In this document: piece by piece, positions 30,854-44,897 of the stretch
Numbering within the stretch: position 1 is the stretch's first letter
How the letters are laid out: the number at the start of each line of letters is the position of its first letter
Source: Paragordius varius
Taxonomy: Eukaryota; Animalia; Nematomorpha
Assembly (NCBI GenBank): GCA_964247055.1
Contig: OZ176053.1
Location: 12,524,001-12,588,000 of the forward strand
Reading direction: 5' to 3'
DNA: 64,000 bases
Program-made: the position numbers and the translations under genes
Notes under the pieces: model-generated
The model's database searches: none
Told to the model about the DNA's origin: nothing
What the model saw: only the letters and a program-made list of their open reading frames with translations

Positions 30854-33577
30854 GGCCAGGGCTGGTCTTAGTTCTATTTTGTAATAACTGTACTTCTTAG
30901 ATATTTTTTGTTTGTTGTTGTATTTAGCTTAAATCGAAGTCGATTTGTAGCTATATTGTAAGTATAATTTCGTCAGCATGCACGGTTTAGTTTGATGGAT
31001 ATCAACTATTGCATCGTTAGCATTTATTTTGTTAGATTATCAATCCAAATGCGTTTTGCATCTACAGCGTTTTCTAGAACCTTCAACTTTCCTCGACATG
31101 ATCAGGATAGATCCCATATTCTTGATTTAACCCTAATTCGAGTTTTCCAGAAATGTTTTAATAATTTGTTTGTTCTATACCGTTAACAACTGCCTACAGT
31201 TTAGGTTTTTTGTATCACGCACACAAATATATTTCTAAAATGGGTTTTAACGGTAAAAAATTGTAAATGCAGTCTACTGATTTTCTATAAACGTAAAAAT
31301 TTAACCTATTAACATATTTTAGAGTTATTGGGCCTAAATTATAAGAAACAAATAAATTAAATAAACAACAAAAAATGATGATTAAACTAGTCCGCAAGGT
31401 TTTGCACCAGGCCATTTTTGCATTTTCTCTTAACTAATGCTATGGAAAGGCCAGAATAAAAAATTGAGGGCGTCTATAGGGTTTTTTTAAATTTAATTGT
31501 TTATTTTGTACTTATTTTAAAAAAACAATTATTTATGTAAATATATTCAAATATTTACGAAATCAATACAAGTGGAATTTCACAATCAGGATTTTTATCA
31601 TTTTACATATATTTTTAATGCTATATCAATTTTTAAATGCATATAATTAATGAATATATAATTTAAATAGGTTATATCGATACGTATTCATGTATTGTAA
31701 TATAAAATACCTTACACTTTTAATCAAAAACATAAAGAATAAAAGTTTTTCAGTGATTTGGTATGGGTACCCGCTATGAAAAGGCAATTGCCGTGTTAAA
31801 TTAAAAGCTTTATATCACTTTCGAGCTGAGGCAACATAAATCGTTTATTTTTAAATCTCATCTTCATGTTCTTTTTTGTGGTCTGGGTTATTTACCGTAT
31901 CTTTTTCTACTATATTCTCTTGTTTTTGAAATAAAAACTTGTATTATCTAGAAATTTTGATTGGGGGTTTAAAAAATTTTTTGAATTCAGATTTAGAACA
32001 TTGAAATTAGTCGAAATTTAAAATTGTGAGTGCTGGTGCTCGAAAAAGATAAAATTTGTCGACTAATGTTATTTACAAGATCATAAAATAAAGCTTTTGA
32101 ATCAACTTCCGTACACTATTTATTGTAAATCATGTAATGTACCTAATCAAACCTTCTCATGTAAAAACAGGAAAATAACTGATGTAAATTGGGAATAAAT
32201 TAATTTTATGATGAATGTAGGACATTTAATAATGGCTTTTATATAATTTATTTCTATGCAAAACATAAAGGCCCGTTCGGCTCGAGCACAGGGAGGCCTG
32301 ATAAGGCACCTAGTCAAGTTTTTAACGATCTTAAAATGAAGATACAATATATACCATGTACAATTCACGCTTGAACAATTCATAAACTAAATAAAAGCTA
32401 AATTTATCAAACATTCAAATATTTTGATATGCGGGAATTTTAATTTTTATATATTTGACTAAAAATTTTCGGTATTTTGTCCATCAATAACGTTATTATG
32501 TGTTAAAAATATGAAATGGATTAAGTTTTATAGTCGAATATATGGTTTCTAAAACAAGGTGGGCAAAGTTTCCTGCACGTTGATGATCCAAATATATAAA
32601 TAGCAATTTGTTAAATTTAGGGCAAAATATCATTTTAGTCTTTTTGGTATTGTGAAACCATCTCTCACTTAAATATGGGATGAATATAAGTTGCTAAAAA
32701 TATGTCAAACGAAAAACTAATTTTAAAATTTTTTTAAGGGTATTAAAATCTAAAATCTTATAAATGAGTTAGGACTTTTAACTGCCAGTATCTAGATCAG
32801 GGGTGGCAAAACGGTCCGAGGTCGATTTCGTGACCGCGAGATGATAAAAGGTAACCGCTTGAAAATTTATAAAAAAATGTCTAGAATTTTTCGCCACAAA
32901 AATATAATTAATTTTTTCTAATTTATGTGGGTTTAAAAAGTTTTACTGTTAACAAAAATTCATATTAACTAGTTTAATATTTTTTTTTTATTAGTATTTT
33001 ACTCAAACTTTAGATCATTTGTAATTTTTTAGAAAATGGTATAAATTAAAAAATAATGTGTTATATTAGCTCGAAAACACATAGTTTATTATTAGGGTTA
33101 TAAATTGTTCAATTTGTATTAAATCATAATATAATATTTTATAAAATTGTGGGAATAATCACAATTCAATTTATTTTGATATAAAAAATTATATCATTCT
33201 CAACGGTATATATCAAGCTAAAATTAGAAACTTCTAATTAAATCATTATTACCTGCATGTTTATAGAGTATATTTTTTTAAAAATGTCATAAAATTACAT
33301 TATCCTTCATAATAATAGGCTTTTCCAATTATTTAATTTAAAATTAGGGTCTTTATTAAAATTATTACTATGTTTTTGAATCTCTATGCTTTCTCGTATA
33401 ATTCTTGATGGTATTAATCTACATTTTTAAAATCCGGACCATGTTCATTTGTGAAACAATGTTCTGCTACACTGCTTTTATTAATCTGTGCCTTGATAAA
33501 ACACGTCTTGTGTTTATCTAAAGGTATGTATGTTTATCTGTCTACCCGTTTTTCAATGTAACATTTTCCTCATAAAC

Positions 33578-33694
33578 TAATGTGACCAGATATTTTGAAC
33601 CTTGACGCAGTAAATTAAAACATGCTTTGCCTGTTTTTACACCATCGGTGTTGTATATTACACAGTTTCCACAACAATATATTCTGATAATTTA

Positions 33695-33731
<37 letters not shown>

Positions 33732-34917
33732 ATAGGAAAATATCAGAAATATTATGGTGCTTTAGAACCTTTACCACTCATTAAAGAAAGTTATTTACAC
33801 TTTTGTGGTCGGTGCTCCGTATAAAATTGCAAAAGGTGAGAAATTTTTTCAAAGACATTTTGTGGTGAAAAATCAATATTTTTTTAAAAAATATCACTAT
33901 AATATAACTATAAACTACATTTACAAAACAATTTTTAGATGAAGGCTCTGAAAGTCGCAAATTTTTTGTCCCTTTTAAAAGGGACTGTGCTCTTAAAGAT
34001 GACGTAAAATTTCTGAATGCAATAATTTTAAAAATATGCTAAGTTTTGATATAAACTAAATATATTTATGAATGCATACTTGTTTACTTTATACTATTTT
34101 AGCAGGGACACGATATAAACGGTTGAGATGTTATAACATTTTATATATAATTAAATAATGCTATACGTTTTTCTCACTCAAGATTATTGTTTTTACAAAA
34201 ATTCACCAAAAATTGCAAGCAAACAAATTTAAAATTAAAATTCTTATATAGTAATCAACATTGATTAGAAAAAGGGTTTTATTATATCTTAAAGCGTTAT
34301 ACCGTTTCTATCATGCTTCAAAATAGTTTAAGTACGCTTCAACAAAATATCTCAAATTTGTTTAAGCAAGAAGTATAACTCCCACCTGATGATTATAGAA
34401 AACGTGAAAAACTCTTAATTTTCAAAACAAAAACACCATATTTCGAAATAATATGCCATATATAATATATCTTAAATATGTTACGGGAATACAATTTTAA
34501 TAATTTTCAGTTTGATAAATTAACAAACATCAAACTTTCTAGACTTGATCAAACATTTATAAAATACATAAATTAAATTAATTTTGAATTTTGAGGCCCC
34601 TTTTTGCGGATTGAGTGAAAGAGCCCTTAGCCTGAATCTTAGGGTGGAGTCGGAGATTTATAGTTTCGCCACTGCACGAAAGGCTATAATCCTAAGCGGT
34701 TTGACCCATCCAAAATCCAATATGTATAATTCAGGAAAATAAAATATTAACCAATTAAAAATAGGACAATCTCCCCAAAATGACAGAGGGTACAATATTC
34801 ATAATAAAAATTTTTTTAATTTTAAAAAGCATTACAAAAGTGGGCGCAGTACAGGCGCAGTTTTTTTACTGAAAACCCAGTACTGTACTGCGAAAAACAG
34901 CCTATCTGGTCACATTA
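33578..34917. mobile_element. Non-autonomous hAT element, same family as 15066-17174
   Basis: Perfect 15-bp TIR TAATGTGACCAGATA / TATCTGGTCACATTA and perfect 8-bp TSD TCATAAAC. Confidence 0.92.
33695..33730. repeat. (TA)n microsatellite
   Basis: Pure TA run. Confidence 0.9.
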
Positions 34918-35516
34918 TCATAAACATACATTGTAAATTCCTGGTCTATTTAATAGTGGTTGTTTGTCTTTTTTGTGCTTTTTTTTAATATTCAAAGCAG
35001 ATATAAAACCCACTCCGATATTATTTTTGTTAAAAATTTTACCAATTTTATTTGTTGTATGTTTACAGGAAGGCTTATATCATAATAATCAAATGATCCT
35101 TTGCCTCTGTTTTGTCAGATTTATAAAAGCACAGCGGAAAACTGTTTCACAAACGATGTTTTGGATTATAAAAATGTAGAGTTATTTTTCAATACCACCA
35201 ATAATTAATGAGAAGGCAGAGAGATTCAAAAATAATAGTAATAATTTTAATAGACGATACAAATTTTTTAAAAAAGATATAGTTATTAAAAAGTCCAGCA
35301 ATTCACCGTTGAAAATGATACAATTTTTTATTTCAAAATATATTCGGATTGTGATTTATATTGAATTTTTAAATTTACACAATTTCATAAAAATTTTATA
35401 TTATTCGTATATTGTGTGTCAAAAGACATTTTCTTTATATCTTAAGGTAGTTTCCTACCCAGAAAGTAGAAAAATTACTGTTTCGACCTGCAATAGATAA
35501 AAAACATATATATATA

Positions 35517-36628
35517 CATAGTGTGCAAAATTTTTTTAACAAATAATTTTTTAGCTTGACTAGCAAATTCATTTGCCGTAAAAAAAACTTTTTTGTTCAC
35601 GACCTAGTTTTTAAAATATTAAAAAATCGAAATCAGGCAAAACGTAAAAATTAAAGTTAATTAAGGATAATTTTAAAAAAAATAGAATTATAAGAAGTTT
35701 TGGTTTATTATCAAGATATATGTAGCTAAAAATCATAGAGTTAGGGTTTATGTAAAATCTTAACTGAACAGATGGCGTTTTTCTTTTAACTTAAAAGAGA
35801 ATTTTTTTAAACAGTTATGTTATATTTTAATAATACACTATATAGTTAAACTTAATATTATATTAACATTCATATTTTATTAAAAAAACTTTTAAATTAA
35901 AATAAAACCAAAAAATATTGTTTTTATTTTTTCATTTTTTTCATCTGGTTTATGAGTATATAAAAAAATTTACACTATTTTATTTTGGAATACATGAGCC
36001 GGATTTATAATGGCATTTAAAAGTAGTGGAATATCGACCAACAATTCTTACCAATTCCTGTCAAAGTCTGTTTTAAGACAAATAATATTTTTATTGGGTG
36101 TTGGTTGATGTTCCAAAACTTTCAAATACTATTTTACAAAATATATATACTTAATGATTCTCACTGAAATGATTCCAAAATAAAACAGTATAAATGTTTA
36201 TATACTCATAAACCAGAAATAAAAAAATAAAAAACAATATTTTTGGTTTTATTTTGATATAAAAGTTTTTTTTACTTAATATATGAATGTTAAGATTTTA
36301 TTAGTAAGTCTAGCTAGTAGAGTAAATAATTAAAATTTTTAATATAGTTTCATAAAAAATTTTGTCTTTTAAGTGTGTTAAAAGACAACTCCATTTTTTA
36401 AGCTGAGATTTTACAGAAGCCCTAACTATATGATTTTAGGTTAATCTCCTTTATCATCATTATATTTATCCTTAACTAACTTTATTTAATTTTTACCTGA
36501 TTCCGATTTTCTATCAATTTTAGAAACTAGGTTGTGAACAAATAAATATTTTTACGGCAAATGAATTTGCTGGTTATAAGCTATCTCATGAAAAAAATTA
36601 TTTTGTTAAAAAATTCTTGCACACAGTC
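35517..36628. mobile_element. 1.1-kb foldback element (TA-flanked), almost entirely palindromic
   Basis: TA|CATAGTGTGCAA...TTGCACACAGTC|TA. Arms pair for ~500 bp (CAAATTCATTTGCCGTAAAAA with TTTTTACGGCAAATGAATTTG), with the centre near 36060. Confidence 0.88.
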
Positions 36629-37724
36629 TATAAAGTTAGACACTAATTCAGATAGTTTCGAAACATAATTAAAACCAACAGCTGATATTGTTATCAAAAT
36701 ATGAAATATCTGACTCTAATTTGAAAACTTTCCATAGTTAATTATTTATATTTTTTAATCAATATATTATTTGCCAGTCGTATTCTCAATTTCAAAAAAT
36801 GGCGACCGAATTTGAAATGAAATTTTAAATTTTTGGAATTGGTGCCTAAAAGGCTAGGCATATACCAATGTTTAATTTTTTTATATTTTACTATTTAATA
36901 TACTCTAAAGGTCATTAATTTTTAATAATTTGTATTATGAGGATTACTTATTTAATACTTATCTTAAAAAATTTATAGATATGGCTCTTTTAAATAACTA
37001 TTAATGTAATTGTTAATTTATCATTTATCAATATTATTTGTGTGACTTTGTCCCTAATTCAATTTTGATAATTCACATTATTCTAAATATTATAAGATCA
37101 TAAACAAATAATAAACCCTATAAAATCAATGTCCATTTTGAATCACAAAACTAAAGGCCATTAGAGGAGAATCGTTTTATAGTTTTTAAAAATAATATAA
37201 GAACATTAATTTATATATTTACTTTTAGTTTTAACTTTGCCGTTAAAAACAATATAGGGTAGTCTTTTGATATTTAGAATGTAAATAGAGTTAAATTTTC
37301 AAACTCATGATATTAGTCGTTTGAACATTTAGGCTATACCCTCCAAAAATAAATCTGAACTGAAATAAACAATTGTGTATTAAAGGTGCTATATAATATG
37401 TTAAAAATCTTGCAATTCGGTTATATTAATATTTACAATAACTAACCTGAATATTTTGAGTAAAATTTCTAAATTTAGCAGCGACAAAAAATTATAACCT
37501 ATTAAATTTATATGAAACTTTTATTATACTTTGTAGTTTAAGGAAATTTCGTTATAATAAATCAAATATTTTTAGGTGGCTCAATATCATAAGAAAAGCT
37601 TATATTAGACCATGATGACAAATCAAAAATTATGTTATAAAAACTCTTGTCCTACTTCTCAAATCTTAATATATATTTTTACTACATTCTTACAACGTAA
37701 CGCACCCACCCTTTCTATTTTAAA

Positions 37725-37850
37725 ATGTGTTTTCAATTCAATTTTGGTGTATTCGCTACTATTGTAATATTTGGTGGTTCTTATTCATTGGATGCCGTTG
37801 ACAGTAATACATATTTTGAATATTTAAATTTATGAAACCTTTATTTTTAG

Positions 37851-37890
<40 letters not shown>

Positions 37891-39314
37891 CCCAAATATC
37901 TGCTGGAACAATATCTGAACAAATTGGCCCAAACAGACACTTCTCTAGAAAAATCATCCAAAATGCTAAATGTTGAATCCATTCCTGGTAAAAAAATTTA
38001 TGCGCACGTTAAGTTATAACACTTTAAATTACTTCGATTTGCCCTAAAATATTTGAAACTATAATATCTTTAGAATTATACCACAACGCATTCCAATGTG
38101 CTTTTCTAGAAAATAGGATACAAGAATTTTTCGGAAAATTTATTGTTTTTGTTTTTCCCTCGAGGTTGTTAGAACATAAATTTTATGCCGAAAACATGAT
38201 ATTTAGTTTATTCTAACATTATTTTTTTTGTAGAAGATCGATAGGATGTAGAATAGGGTCGGCAACTTTTTTGGAGATGAGCCGTTTTTAGGATAGAAAA
38301 TTTTAGGCTAACCCACACTTGAAAATATAATTAAAACAAAAAAGTTAAGTGTTACCATAGAGCTCTTGTTGTTTCCATTCTTTACCAAATATTTATACCC
38401 ATTTAACGAAAAAAATAAATTGTTGATAAAACAAAGGACACACGACTATAATCGCAGAGCTAACCTTAAAATTTAAATTATGCATTGATAGTTTTTCAGT
38501 AAATATTGATACATATAGCAATTGCATAGAGATCATTATATGTGAATCTCAAGAAAAAGTTTCAGAGGTAATACATACTAGCTAGAATTATGATGAATTT
38601 ATGATATTTATTTAAGAATGTAAGCATGAGGACTTAATTATGTAACTATCAAGGTATTTCTTGCCTTACTCTAATATTGGTTAAAAGGGTGAAATAATTC
38701 AAAACGATTTGCTTTTTGCAGCATATTTAATCTGGCAAAGGAATAACAATAATTTATCCATAATATATTTATATTAAATATTAGAATCCTTATCCTTAAC
38801 TGAACAAAACATGCTGGATTTCAATACCAAAGGAGTTGATTTCGAGAAAGTTTTAAAAGCTGAATTTGTGATTCCATTTTTACAAAGTCACAATAATAAT
38901 TTCAGTAATGTTAAAGTCCATTTCGCACAGAATACGCTATTTATCGGAACAAACACTTCTGGAAACCATGCAGATGTCCACGTTCATCAAATTAGGGATG
39001 ATGTCAACAACCAATGTAAAACAATTCAAGCTAATTGTGATAACGCAACCCATTATTTAATTATAACAATAAAACCATCTACCTTGCAGTCTTTGGCCAA
39101 CGATAATTCTAAACTTACAATCATGCTACAAATTGAGGACTTAATCAAAGAACTTTTGAGCAATAACGTATATCTCTTTACGTATACGGCTGATCATAAA
39201 AAGTAAAATTGTTGAAGTATTTAGTAACTCTTTTATTTAAAATAAAAAATATTTTTTTATTTATAAATATTTCGTATGAAAATTGCCTTTTTGGAAGACA
39301 CCTTTTTCAGACAA

Positions 39315-39391
<77 letters not shown>

Positions 39392-41335
39392 AAATTGATT
39401 CTATATAAATTGTATGGGGACACAAAAACTATTCTCATAATTAATTTTTTTTTCAAGTAAAAATCTCAAATTAATCTTAACACATATAAGAAAGCCGATG
39501 GATTTAAGTTTATCAAAATATTTTAAGCTTTGCGCCATATATGTATTGTTTAAGAACTTTAACAATTGTGTGTGGTATAATTAAAGATAACTTTTTTTAT
39601 TTAATTTAGTATTCACGGAGAAAGTCTTGCAAAAAACTCATTATCACCACATTCTTTGGAAAGAAAAGTTAAGAGACATTTACAGAAACGATCTGTTGTT
39701 AATTCCAACAGCCATGCACACTCCTGTGGCATATCAATTTATATAATCAACCTTCAAGATATATGGCACGATCTAATAGCACCTCAAGGAAATGTTACGA
39801 TTCAACATTGTACCGGTATCTGTCCCATTGTTAAATTAATAATTTTTTAAACCAAAATCAATGCATTTTTGCAATCCAAAAAGTTTTTTCTTATCCAACT
39901 CACAACATTTTTCCAACCGAACCCAACTTTTTGTATGGAGCTCCACCTAACTTAGAATTCTAATTTTAATTAACTAATTTATTAAAAACTAAATTTAAAT
40001 TTAATTTTGGATTTCTATTCGTTTTTAATATATTAATAGCATAAATGTTATTCGGTTCAACAACGTTGGTTTTAATTAAAAATTATACCTTTTAATAAAG
40101 CAAATTACCCTTCATTACATTTTCATCATTTTGTGAGCGATGACATTTTGGCAGGATTCGACCCCTTAAAGTAGTAAAAATTACTGTTTTTAAAGTTATT
40201 TTGGTTTAAATTTATTTATCAAACCCTAATCTGTAATTGATAAAAAAACAAGTTCCTACATATAATTTGATTGAGATACATTTTATGGAAGTAAAAAAAA
40301 CTTTTAGCTTATTGAAATTCAATCATTTTTTACACACTCAATATTTAATTCATTAACCAATAAACCTCTTATCAAACTCAACAACAGTTATTTGTTTTTA
40401 CTTTGATTATACTTTTATTTGATGCGTTTGAATTAATCTAAATTTAATATTTATTTTTCGCTATATTGTTTATTATTTAAAGTGATACTTATGACCATTA
40501 TTTCCATATATTTAAACGTCTGCACCTCCATAGAATATCTACATTTAAGAAAAAAATTATATCGAAATCGGTCCAAAAAATATTTTAAGTTGTTCGAGGA
40601 TACGGCCTGAACATTTAACGCAAATTTATTAAACAGACAAATATTTTATTTATAACAGCGCAAAAATCTGAATCTATCTTATTTCTGGGCACATATTAAA
40701 TTTTTAGCGGTTTAATTAGTTTTTTAAAAGTTCTCCTATATAGCGTTTGACCCTAGATTTTTTCCGATTCTGAAAGCCCACCCATATTTAGCTATCTTAA
40801 CATTCAATTCTTCGTACAAACGAAACTTCAAGCGCATTACAGTATAAAATTGATAGGGCAAAAAAGAACCACAGCCATATTTTTTTAAACATTAATTTTT
40901 TTTATAAAGCCATATAATTTAGTTTCAAATATGATTGAGTGTACAATTTACATATCCCATTTCCGCTACCGAAAACGATGAGTTATTTTAAATATAGACT
41001 CCAAAAAGTATGGTTTTCTTTTTACAAATATGGTTGTTGCCTTTTAGTTTTCATGACGTTTTGTTTGTGCAATTTCAATTTACTGAAATTTATAAAATAT
41101 TACATTAGGTGTTTGTGGCTTAACTCCGGGAGATGCAGTAGGGTATAATGTGGCGACTTTTTTTAAAACTCACTATCTTGTGGCCCGGACTGAAGAATCA
41201 TCAAACAACGCAAAAGTTCAAATAGTTTGCGCGCCAAAATTGATGCAGAAATCTACTGTTTTATACATGACGGATGATGGGAATATTAAATTGGATGATT
41301 GGGAACTGGGAGCGTCTACTTGCCAATGCTATTAA
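37725..41335 (+). CDS. Divergent TGF-beta superfamily ligand precursor, 5 exons, 342 aa
   Basis: Exons 37725-37803, 37889-37987, 38785-39202, 39610-39815 and 41109-41335 (1029 nt, phases consistent). Signal peptide MCFQFNFGVFATIVIFGGSYS, prodomain motif IPKYLLEQY, basic sites RKVKR and LQKR, cystine knot C..W..LIAP..CTGVC..VCAP..VLY..CQC. Confidence 0.85.
37855..37887. repeat. (TA)n microsatellite ending at the TGF-beta exon 2 acceptor
   Basis: The TA run terminates in ..TATAG at 37888. Confidence 0.9.
38355..38450. mobile_element. Degenerate terminal fragment of the 2888-4796 foldback family
   Basis: CTCTTGTTGTTTCCATTCTTTACCAAATATTTATACCCATTTAACGAA resembles 4711-4757. Confidence 0.55.
39319..39388. 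repeat. (TA)n microsatellite, ~35 units, in TGF-beta intron 3
   Basis: Pure TA run. Confidence 0.95.
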
Positions 41336-42007
41336 ATTAACTAATGTAATTCATATCACATTCATTTATTCCGATTTTATCCATCCAACCTTGTGTTTCT
41401 TTTAACTAGTGTAATTTTTCATTAGTGATTGTATTCAACATTAGTAGTTTTTATTTTGTTTGGGAAGATCAATAAATTTAGAAGCATCTTATAGTTTCGC
41501 TAATTTTTTAACGCTTGAACAAATATTCAAGAATTCAGCCGTATGCTAAATCGTTCCACGTCTGAAAAACTATTTTAAATACAAAATGTGTGTCTAAATG
41601 GCGTGAATGCCTGCTAGAACACAATAACTAAAGGCTTTTTAATATCCAAAATGCAAAAACTGTCATTAATTAGTGACCGTTTTCTAAAAAGGCAGCATTA
41701 CTTTACCATCCAACATCTGTATTAACCAGTTCACCATGTCAAAACCAATTCCTTTTAACTAAACTCAAAACTGTGGCGCGAAAATCTTTACGATTTGATG
41801 GAATTTATTATGACCCTGGTGTTCAGTCTACAAATCCATTTTTTCAATCGTCTTAAATCCGTCGAGAGATGGAGAGTTTGTAATTTTAAATAATAATGTA
41901 AATGTTTTATTGATATTATTATTAAAATAACTAGTCAAAAATAATTATTTTTCGTAATATTTATTATAAAATGGCGTGTGCTAGTCACTCCAATCCGTAT
42001 ATATATA

Positions 42008-43187
42008 CAATGTGTGCAAAAAAGAGGGTCATTTGATTTTACAAAAATTTTTTTTCATGAGATAGCTCATGACCAGTTAATTCTTTTGCCGCAAAAATTA
42101 TTATTTGTTGACAACTTTGTTTCAATCGGGCAAAAAGTGAAAATTAACGATAATTGATAATTCAAAAAATAATGATAAAATTTGAAATATTATGTGGTTT
42201 ATTATCATTTTAGGATATATTATCAATATATAAATAGCCTAAAATCACATATTTTCTATAAAATTTCAGCTCAAAAGATGGCATTTTTCTTTTATAATAC
42301 TCACAAGACAAATTTTTTTAACTATATTGATATAATATTTTTCAATTTTTTATAGCTTAACTTACTATTAAAATCTTAACATCCATATTTTATTCAGTAA
42401 AGACTTATATATCAAAATGAAACCAAAAATTATTGTTTTTTATTTTTACATCTTTTTGTCTGGTTTGTCAGTGTAATGTACTGTTTTATTTTAGAATCTT
42501 AAATGAGTGCGAATTATAAAGTATAGTTTATGCAAAATAGGATTCAAATTAGTGGAATATTAACCAACAATCCATACAAATCACATTAAAAAAATAAATT
42601 TGTCATAAAACAGATTACATGTATTCGTAAGGATTGTTGGTTGATATTCCACTACTTTTAAATCCTATTTTGCATAAATTATATACTTTAATCTCCATTT
42701 ATGTAAGAATCCAAAATAAAACAGTATAAACTTTTTATACACTTATAAAGATGACAAAAAAATCCAAATATAAAAATATTTTTGGTTTTATTTTGCTATA
42801 TATGTATTTTTTACTGAATAAAATATGAATGTTATTTAATAGTGAGTTTAGGTATTAAATAAGCAAAAAAATTATTTTAAGTTTCATTATATTTCTTTTA
42901 AGTTTGATAAAAGAAAAATGCCATCTTTTCAGCTGAAATTTTATAGATACCCTAACTATATGATTTTAGGCTATTTATATATTAAAAATATCTCCTAAAA
43001 TGATAAACCATAATATTTTAAATTTATCATTATATTTTTTAAATTATACTTAATTATCCTTAATTTTCACTCTTTGCCCAATCTCGATTTTCTTTCCATA
43101 TGTTAAAAACTGGCTTGTCAACAATAAAATTCGTTTCGGCAAATGAATACGCTGGTCATAAGCTATCTCATGAACAAAAACACAGTG
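42008..43187. mobile_element. Foldback element, second copy of the 35517-36628 family
   Basis: TA|CAATGTGTGCAA...CACAGTG|TA. It shares CATGAGATAGCT..ACCAG and has palindromic arms centred near 42600. There is a small deletion near the right end. Confidence 0.82.
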
Positions 43188-44139
43188 TAATATTTGCATC
43201 ATTGGTATTGAAGTGATAGAAGAATCTTTTAATACATAATATTCATAGCCTGCGTGAAAGTTCCCTAAAAAAGTAAGGGGAAAAAAGGTTGGCCACCCCT
43301 GTGTAGATGATTGTAAGAATATAGATAGGATAATTTATATTACAGATTTTTTATTTAGGAAAAGGTAAAAATTTGACCATATCAAATTTTTGGATATCTA
43401 ATTTTTGTAATTAAAACTTATGATAACTTTGATAACCGATTGAGATAACATTCAAAGAGTGAAAGGCCTGGTGACATTGTTATTAATTAAAAATATTCTA
43501 AAAGAGTTCCAAAACACTTATTACATTAGTAATATCTTTTTGATTAAACTATATTAATTAATATTTATAAAATATTCACGTAACTTTAACTAAAACTTAT
43601 CAATTCTATAAATTTGCCAAAATTCGACACTCTATATATAAATAAAAATGTCGAATGTTGGATATTAGACAATTTTTCGTATATTAGTCCTAGTCAAATT
43701 CCCAAAACACCTGTATTTAGCTGCTCTCCCATAAAATAACATTCACTAGAAATAAGTCCTCAAAGATAAATTTTTAAAATAATTTTTCAACTAAATTGTA
43801 AGACTCTATTTAAAATCAATAGTGGTCCTAAGCATTCATTCTTAGTATAAACACAGTGTAGCGCTCCTTTTAAATAGCATGTGATCAGGGTTTCACTCTT
43901 TGTAAAATGAGCCACCATATAATAAGATTCAAAGCACATTTTCTGGATACTTATGACGCTATATTTAATATGTGTTTGGGTACCACCAATATAAAAGCAA
44001 ATATTTAAGTTTGATGCTTATTTATATCCGCTGGGTTTGTTTCCCTTAGTATAAGCGACCATTAAAAAATGTTTTAGGTATTTCCTGAGTATAAGCTACT
44101 AAAATTTTATTTTACACTGTTTGCAAAAAAGTTCAGATA

Positions 44140-44890
44140 TCCTATAATAATCAGCGAATTCAATCGAAAAAAATTTATTTATTGGCTAGTTTTTAACATA
44201 TTGATAGAAAAATTGGGTAAAAATAAAAAATTAAGGATAATTAAGGACATTTAAAATTATCAAAAGTTTTATTATAAATTATATTTACAATTTGTAATTA
44301 TTTTAAAATTATATAGAGTTCTTTTTTAAAACTCAGATCCGAAAATTGTGTTTTTCATATTTAATACATAAAAATTGTTTACCATATTAAAATAATTTTT
44401 TTAAAATTTTATAGTCACTATTAATATCTTAACACATATTTTATGCAGTAAAAATAATTTATATAAAAATAAAATATAAAAAAATATTGTTTTATTTTTT
44501 CATTTTTTATCATCTGGTTAATGAGTGTATCAAAAATTTAGTGATTATATCGGAATCCTACATCAGCGGGAATTACAAAGTAGATAACTCAATACAATAG
44601 GATTTCAATTAGTGGAATATCAACCAAAAATCTGTACATATCCCAGTAAAAATATTAATTTATGTTAAAACAAACTTATCTGGGATTCGTAAGGATTTTT
44701 GATTGAAATCCTATTTTATTTTAATTTAATATTTTGTGATTCCCGCTCATTGAAGATTTTAAAATAAAAAAAAATACTATATCCGAGATTTATATAAAAA
44801 CCCTAACTATATGTAGGCTAATTATAAATTGAAATATATGATTAATAAATCTAATCAATTTTTTAATTATCCCTAATTACCTTATTTTTA
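44140..44890. mobile_element. Internal remnant of the same foldback family
   Basis: Shares AATTAAGGATAATT, TTCATTTTTTATCATCTGGTT and AGTGGAATATCAACCAA blocks with 35517-36628 and 42008-43187. Termini were not found. Confidence 0.6.
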
Positions 44891-44897
44891 TATCCAA

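Noticed and set aside
39816-39850. TGF-beta exon 4 continuing as GICPIVKLIIF*
   Set aside because: It would truncate the cystine knot. Splicing at 39815 to 41109 restores CTGVC in phase. The similarity to CxGxC is probably chance or an old duplication at the intron origin.
40150-40175. tRNA gene or tRNA-derived SINE (GGGTCGAATCCTGCC on the minus strand)
   Set aside because: A B-box-like motif only, with no A-box or cloverleaf.
32798-43301. 10.5-kb hAT (CAGGGGTGGC...GCCACCCCTG) carrying the TGF-beta gene
   Set aside because: Only a 10-bp terminal match. The flanks ATCTAGAT and TGTAGATG are out of register and explained by a shared target preference. A third similar end at ~38254 indicates independent MITE remnants.
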